A DNA stretch of 64,000 bases from an uncultured Nitrososphaerota archaeon (lineage in GTDB: Archaea > Thermoproteota > Nitrososphaeria > Nitrososphaerales > CADDZS01), in assembly GCA_963799845.1 (NCBI GenBank), contig CAWCYI010000004.1, forward strand, positions 1,280,001-1,344,000, given 5' to 3'. A model generated the notes under the pieces. It was given only the letters and a program-made list of their open reading frames with translations. It was not told where the DNA came from and ran no database searches. Below, piece by piece: positions 60,431-64,000 of this stretch; position 1 is the first letter of the stretch, and each line of letters starts with the position of its first letter. The translations under genes and the position numbers were made by a program.

Positions 60431-60532
60431 AACCCATTTGGCAACCAAGAAACATCGTAAGGATTGCATAACGGAAGTTCTGTAGATTCACAGAAGAGTT
60501 TTATTATCTGAGCCCATTCCTCGTAATTTCAT

Positions 60533-61561
60533 TTGCAGGCTCCAAGATCGTCAATTTCTCGCTTTCTAGATAGATACACTCGTGGTTATCTTATACGAAG
60601 ACTTGGCAATCTTGCAATAATTTTCTTCATAACAGTAACGATCAACTTTGTCCTGCCAAGATTGGAGCCGGGGAATTTCGCACAGACTTACATCGCGCAG
60701 CTGGTGGCGGACGCCCATGATGTCAGCCCAGCCACTCAACACATTCTAGTCCAGCACATGACGAGTGTTTTCGGTCTGAATGAACCCGAATACGTACAAT
60801 ATGTGAAATATCTAGAGGCGCTGTTTTCATTTCCTCCCAATTTTGGCTTTTCGTTCGAGTTTTATCCTACATCTGCTTGGCAAATAATTTCAATCGCATT
60901 ACCCTGGACTCTCCTCCTGGTTGGCTCTTCCCAGATCATAGCTTGGGTTATAGGAATCTTCTTGGGAGTGAGTATGGCTCTGCGGAAGGGAAGTATATTT
61001 GACAGATTGATGCAACCTCTAAACATCTCGTTGCTGACCGTTCCTGCGTTCTGGCTCGCAACGGTCTTCATCGTGGTCTTTGCAATAGATCTAAGGGTGT
61101 TGCCTGCCGCTACGGCTTATACAATTACCCCGACTGTTCCAAGCGTTCTCGTGCACATGATCCTACCTCTTTCAGTGCTCGTGATCACAACGCTTCCCTC
61201 CCACGTTATCGTGATACGTAGCGCGGCATTGGAGGTTCTCCAAAGCGACTTTGTGACCGCAATGAGGGCACAGGGGCTGGGAGGAGGACTGCTCCTCAAA
61301 CGCGTAATGAAGAACTCGATGCTCCCTTCTCTCACCGCATTCTTCCTCACTTTAGGCAATGTGATTGGGGGGGTCTTTGTAGTGGAGTATACATTTTCCT
61401 ACCCTGGACTCGGTAGTGTATTTGCAGACGCTATCTTTGCGAGAGACTATCCTGTTTTGCAAGCGGGCCTCTTCATGACAGTGGTGGTTGTGTTGCTTGC
61501 CAATCTCGCTGCCGACTTGATGTATCCCATCATCGATCCGAGAGTATCGTACACCAGGTGA
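60533..61561 (+). CDS. Opp/Dpp-type ABC permease (OppB-like)
   Basis: INFVLPRLEPG, FGLNEPEYVQY, LPWTLLL, PAFWLA, DFVTAMRAQG, VEYTFSYPGLG, RDYP, DPRV. Confidence 0.92.
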   Translation: MQAPRSSISRFLDRYTRGYLIRRLGNLAIIFFITVTINFVLPRLEPGNFAQTYIAQLVADAHDVSPATQHILVQHMTSVFGLNEPEYVQYVKYLEALFSFPPNFGFSFEFYPTSAWQIISIALPWTLLLVGSSQIIAWVIGIFLGVSMALRKGSIFDRLMQPLNISLLTVPAFWLATVFIVVFAIDLRVLPAATAYTITPTVPSVLVHMILPLSVLVITTLPSHVIVIRSAALEVLQSDFVTAMRAQGLGGGLLLKRVMKNSMLPSLTAFFLTLGNVIGGVFVVEYTFSYPGLGSVFADAIFARDYPVLQAGLFMTVVVVLLANLAADLMYPIIDPRVSYTR

Positions 61562-62403
61562 TTCGCCAAGAGTTGAACCTTCGAGATTCAGGTTTCATAA
61601 GGGTAGTAAGGGAACGACTTTACGTGAAAGTGGGTCTAATCATTATCTCATTCTTCGTTGGGCTTGCGATCCTGAGTTTCGTTTACTTATTGTACAATCC
61701 TTTAGCAACAACCGGACCAAATTTCGCTCCCCCCTCGTTTGCTCATCCCTTTGGAACCACAGTAATCGGACAGGACGTTTTCAGCCAGTGGATTTATGGG
61801 AGCAGGGCTACCCTGTTCGTAGGCTTTTTGACCGCAGTGCTCACAACAATCATCGGGACGACGACAGGAGTTGCATCCGGTTTTATCCGGAACCTCGATG
61901 AACCCTTGATGCGAATTGCCGATGTGGTACTAACACTGCCAACCCTGCCCCTACTCATTGTGATCTCTTCCTTCTTCAAACCGAGCCTCGTAATCGTCGC
62001 GGTGCTCATCTCGTTATTGGCGTGGCCCGCGATGGCGCGGGTGCTGCGATCAAGTGTCTTCTCGCTGCGCGAACTATCATATGTAGAGGTCGCTTTGTTA
62101 AGCGGGGTTCCTAGGGTGCGGATAATGTTTTCCGACCTTCTGCGACATCTCATCCCTCTAATAATTGCATACTCGCTGTTCGCGGTAATTGGGGCAATCC
62201 TAGCAGAAGCCGCTCTTGATTTTATAGGTGTGGGTCCGATCAACTCTTACAGTTGGGGAGCGATGCTCGCGCTGGCGCAGGATAGTTCAGCAGAGCTTTA
62301 CAATGCTTGGTGGTGGGTAGTTGTGCCAGGGTTAAGCATAGCTATTCTTGGAACAGGGTTTGCCTTCATAGCGTACGGTCTGGAAGATTATTACAAACGT
62401 TAG
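61558..62403 (+). CDS. Opp/Dpp-type ABC permease (OppC-like)
   Basis: PPSFAHPFGT..GQDVFSQWIYGSR, WPAMARVLRS, EAALDFIG, SWGAML, WWWVVVPG. Confidence 0.92.
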   Translation: MIRQELNLRDSGFIRVVRERLYVKVGLIIISFFVGLAILSFVYLLYNPLATTGPNFAPPSFAHPFGTTVIGQDVFSQWIYGSRATLFVGFLTAVLTTIIGTTTGVASGFIRNLDEPLMRIADVVLTLPTLPLLIVISSFFKPSLVIVAVLISLLAWPAMARVLRSSVFSLRELSYVEVALLSGVPRVRIMFSDLLRHLIPLIIAYSLFAVIGAILAEAALDFIGVGPINSYSWGAMLALAQDSSAELYNAWWWVVVPGLSIAILGTGFAFIAYGLEDYYKR

Positions 62404-62456
62404 TTGTCAAAGGGCAGAAGCCCCAAAAGGGTCGAGCTCGGCACCTGTCACTTTCA

Positions 62457-62470
62457 TAAAAAGTTTATAT
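62457..62470 (+). promoter_or_regulatory. BRE/TATA promoter of the substrate-binding protein gene
   Basis: A-rich run followed by TTTATA (62464-62469), 27 nt before the TTG start, consistent with a leaderless archaeal transcript. Confidence 0.5.
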
Positions 62471-62496
62471 TAGGAAATTCGTCTTGTGGCTTTAGT

Positions 62497-64000
62497 TTGA
62501 ACGCGCTCAATACTAAATCTATACTTATCTTAATGATCTTTGTTGGCTCCGCCTTCGCAGTAGCGTACCATCCCACAGTTGTACATGCAGTGACTCCGGG
62601 GACGACACTGAATCTTGGCCTAAATCGATTTGCTACAATTCCATCTCTAAATCCATACTCGCCAGTCTATGTCAATCCACTCGATTCCGAGATGTACCTG
62701 CGTTGCATCCAAGTTGATTACGCGCCAGCTTCACATTTTACAGACACTCTTTGTAACTCGTGGAGTTCGAACGTTAACTACACCAGTTGGACAATGAACC
62801 TGATTCCCGGCCTCAAGTGGAGTGATGGTTCACCCTTGAATGCGACCGATCTCGCCTGGTCATTGCTTTATGGCAATGCTACTGGATATTTCGCGCCGTA
62901 CCTGACATCGGTAAAGACCGACAATGCGACTGCTGTCACCGTGACAGTGCCAATCTCTCAGCCGAACTGGCTCAATAACATGGAAAATATTTTCATCGTT
63001 CCATACGAAAACTTTGGCAAGACTCCCCTTTCGAGCATTGCTAACTACACTGCTTTCTCGAATATAGTCGCTGCAGGTCCGTACATTCTCCCTTCATACA
63101 CAGCTGGTACTAATCCGCTGATAATGATTCCCAACCAGTATTACTATCAGGGCAATAATCAATACTACAGCCAAGTGGCGGTACACATTTTCTCATCCTT
63201 GTCATCAATGGAATCCGCAATTCTTGCAGGTCAGATAAACATCATGTGGTACTCGGGCACGACACAATCCACAAGTGCATTCAACTCGAGCAAGAGCGTT
63301 TCGATCTTCGAATTTACTGCTACTGACGAATATCAGATACTAAATCTCAACTATCTTCAGGCCCCGCTCAACAACGTCTCTTTTAGAGAAGGGTTGGCTT
63401 ACGCTACTGATAGAAACGCACTTTCATTGACGGTAAATGGTCCAGGATACTCGCTAGTAAACTATGGTGGAGGACCAACGGTCCAACCGGGCGAGAACAC
63501 CTATCAGTACAATACTACTACGGCGGAGTCAGAGTTTGCCAAGGCCGGCCTCACTGAATCTGGTGGAAAATTAATGTATGCTAATGGAACTCAGGTCTCG
63601 CTGACTATACAGATTCCAACCGGAGAACCTGACTCTCAGAACATCGCTACCGTGATTTCACAACAATGGGACAAGGTGGGCATAAATGCGATGACGGAAG
63701 TTACCGACGCTACCACCCTCTACTCAGACTTTGGCACCGGAGCTTGGCAGATTGCGAGCTTGACGGAAGATGGGACAACTGGCACCCCGATTCGATACAC
63801 CGACCAGTTGCAGAGCTCTGGCCTCACGATAATAACACTCGCAGCAACTCCAGGGGCTGCGGCAACTGCAGATCAGTACATAACGCCCCAAATTGGTCAA
63901 TTGATAATCAACCAATCGTTGGTACCCACCGGTTCTGCGCAGTATAACGCAATACAGGCTCAGATTACCCCCTTCATCGCCCAACTAGTTCCGTCTATCC
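62497..64000 (+). CDS. ABC transporter family-5 substrate-binding protein (runs off the window end; absent from the ORF track)
   Basis: Manual translation from TTG 62497: signal peptide, SLNPY, SWSSNVNYTSWTMNLIPGLKWSDGSPLNATD, AAGPY, PLNNVSFREGLAYATDR; same frame at the window end. Confidence 0.9.
   Translation, partial: MNALNTKSILILMIFVGSAFAVAYHPTVVHAVTPGTTLNLGLNRFATIPSLNPYSPVYVNPLDSEMYLRCIQVDYAPASHFTDTLCNSWSSNVNYTSWTMNLIPGLKWSDGSPLNATDLAWSLLYGNATGYFAPYLTSVKTDNATAVTVTVPISQPNWLNNMENIFIVPYENFGKTPLSSIANYTAFSNIVAAGPYILPSYTAGTNPLIMIPNQYYYQGNNQYYSQVAVHIFSSLSSMESAILAGQINIMWYSGTTQSTSAFNSSKSVSIFEFTATDEYQILNLNYLQAPLNNVSFREGLAYATDRNALSLTVNGPGYSLVNYGGGPTVQPGENTYQYNTTTAESEFAKAGLTESGGKLMYANGTQVSLTIQIPTGEPDSQNIATVISQQWDKVGINAMTEVTDATTLYSDFGTGAWQIASLTEDGTTGTPIRYTDQLQSSGLTIITLAATPGAAATADQYITPQIGQLIINQSLVPTGSAQYNAIQAQITPFIAQLVPSI

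Noticed and set aside
1-64000. rRNA, tRNA, CRISPR arrays, prophage or defence genes
   Set aside because: None recognised by eye; a tRNAscan-SE/Infernal run would be needed to exclude small or intron-containing RNAs

Overview
Archaeal chromosomal window. Its gene content (PolD DP1/DP2, Elf1, GGGP synthase, Cdc6/Orc1, thermopsin, NirK) suggests a non-ammonia-oxidising, probably acidophilic Nitrososphaerota/TACK lineage; this is an inference. Left to right: (i) an accessory region with a NirK-type copper nitrite reductase, a MoaD/SAMP ubiquitin-like protein carrying a Tat-like signal, a hemerythrin-like gene and an HTH-10 regulator; (ii) an intact IS110-family element (about 7269-8762, 2-bp TG core, subterminal inverted repeats, candidate bridge-RNA end) inserted in an SgcJ/SnoaL-like gene; (iii) a Cys-cluster wHTH regulator divergent from an operon for a 2-oxoacid:ferredoxin oxidoreductase (delta/alpha/beta/gamma), a tandem HdrA-HdrA-MvhD fusion, an HdrD-like protein and EtfAB; (iv) the replication core polC-GGGPS-elf1 ... 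oriC (ORB repeats)-cdc6-DP1-phosphohexomutase; (v) a catabolic island with an atypical Sdh/Frd-like complex, sugar dehydrogenases, ALDH, KDG-type aldolase, an enolase-family dehydratase, SuyAB sulfolactate sulfo-lyase, and MFS and Opp-type transporters, which fits an archaeal sulfo-Entner-Doudoroff route. About ten genes, including essential DP1, carry small disruptions. Many sit at AGCT sites and are probably sequencing artefacts. No rRNA, tRNA or CRISPR array was recognised. All assignments are from motifs read by eye; no database searches were run.
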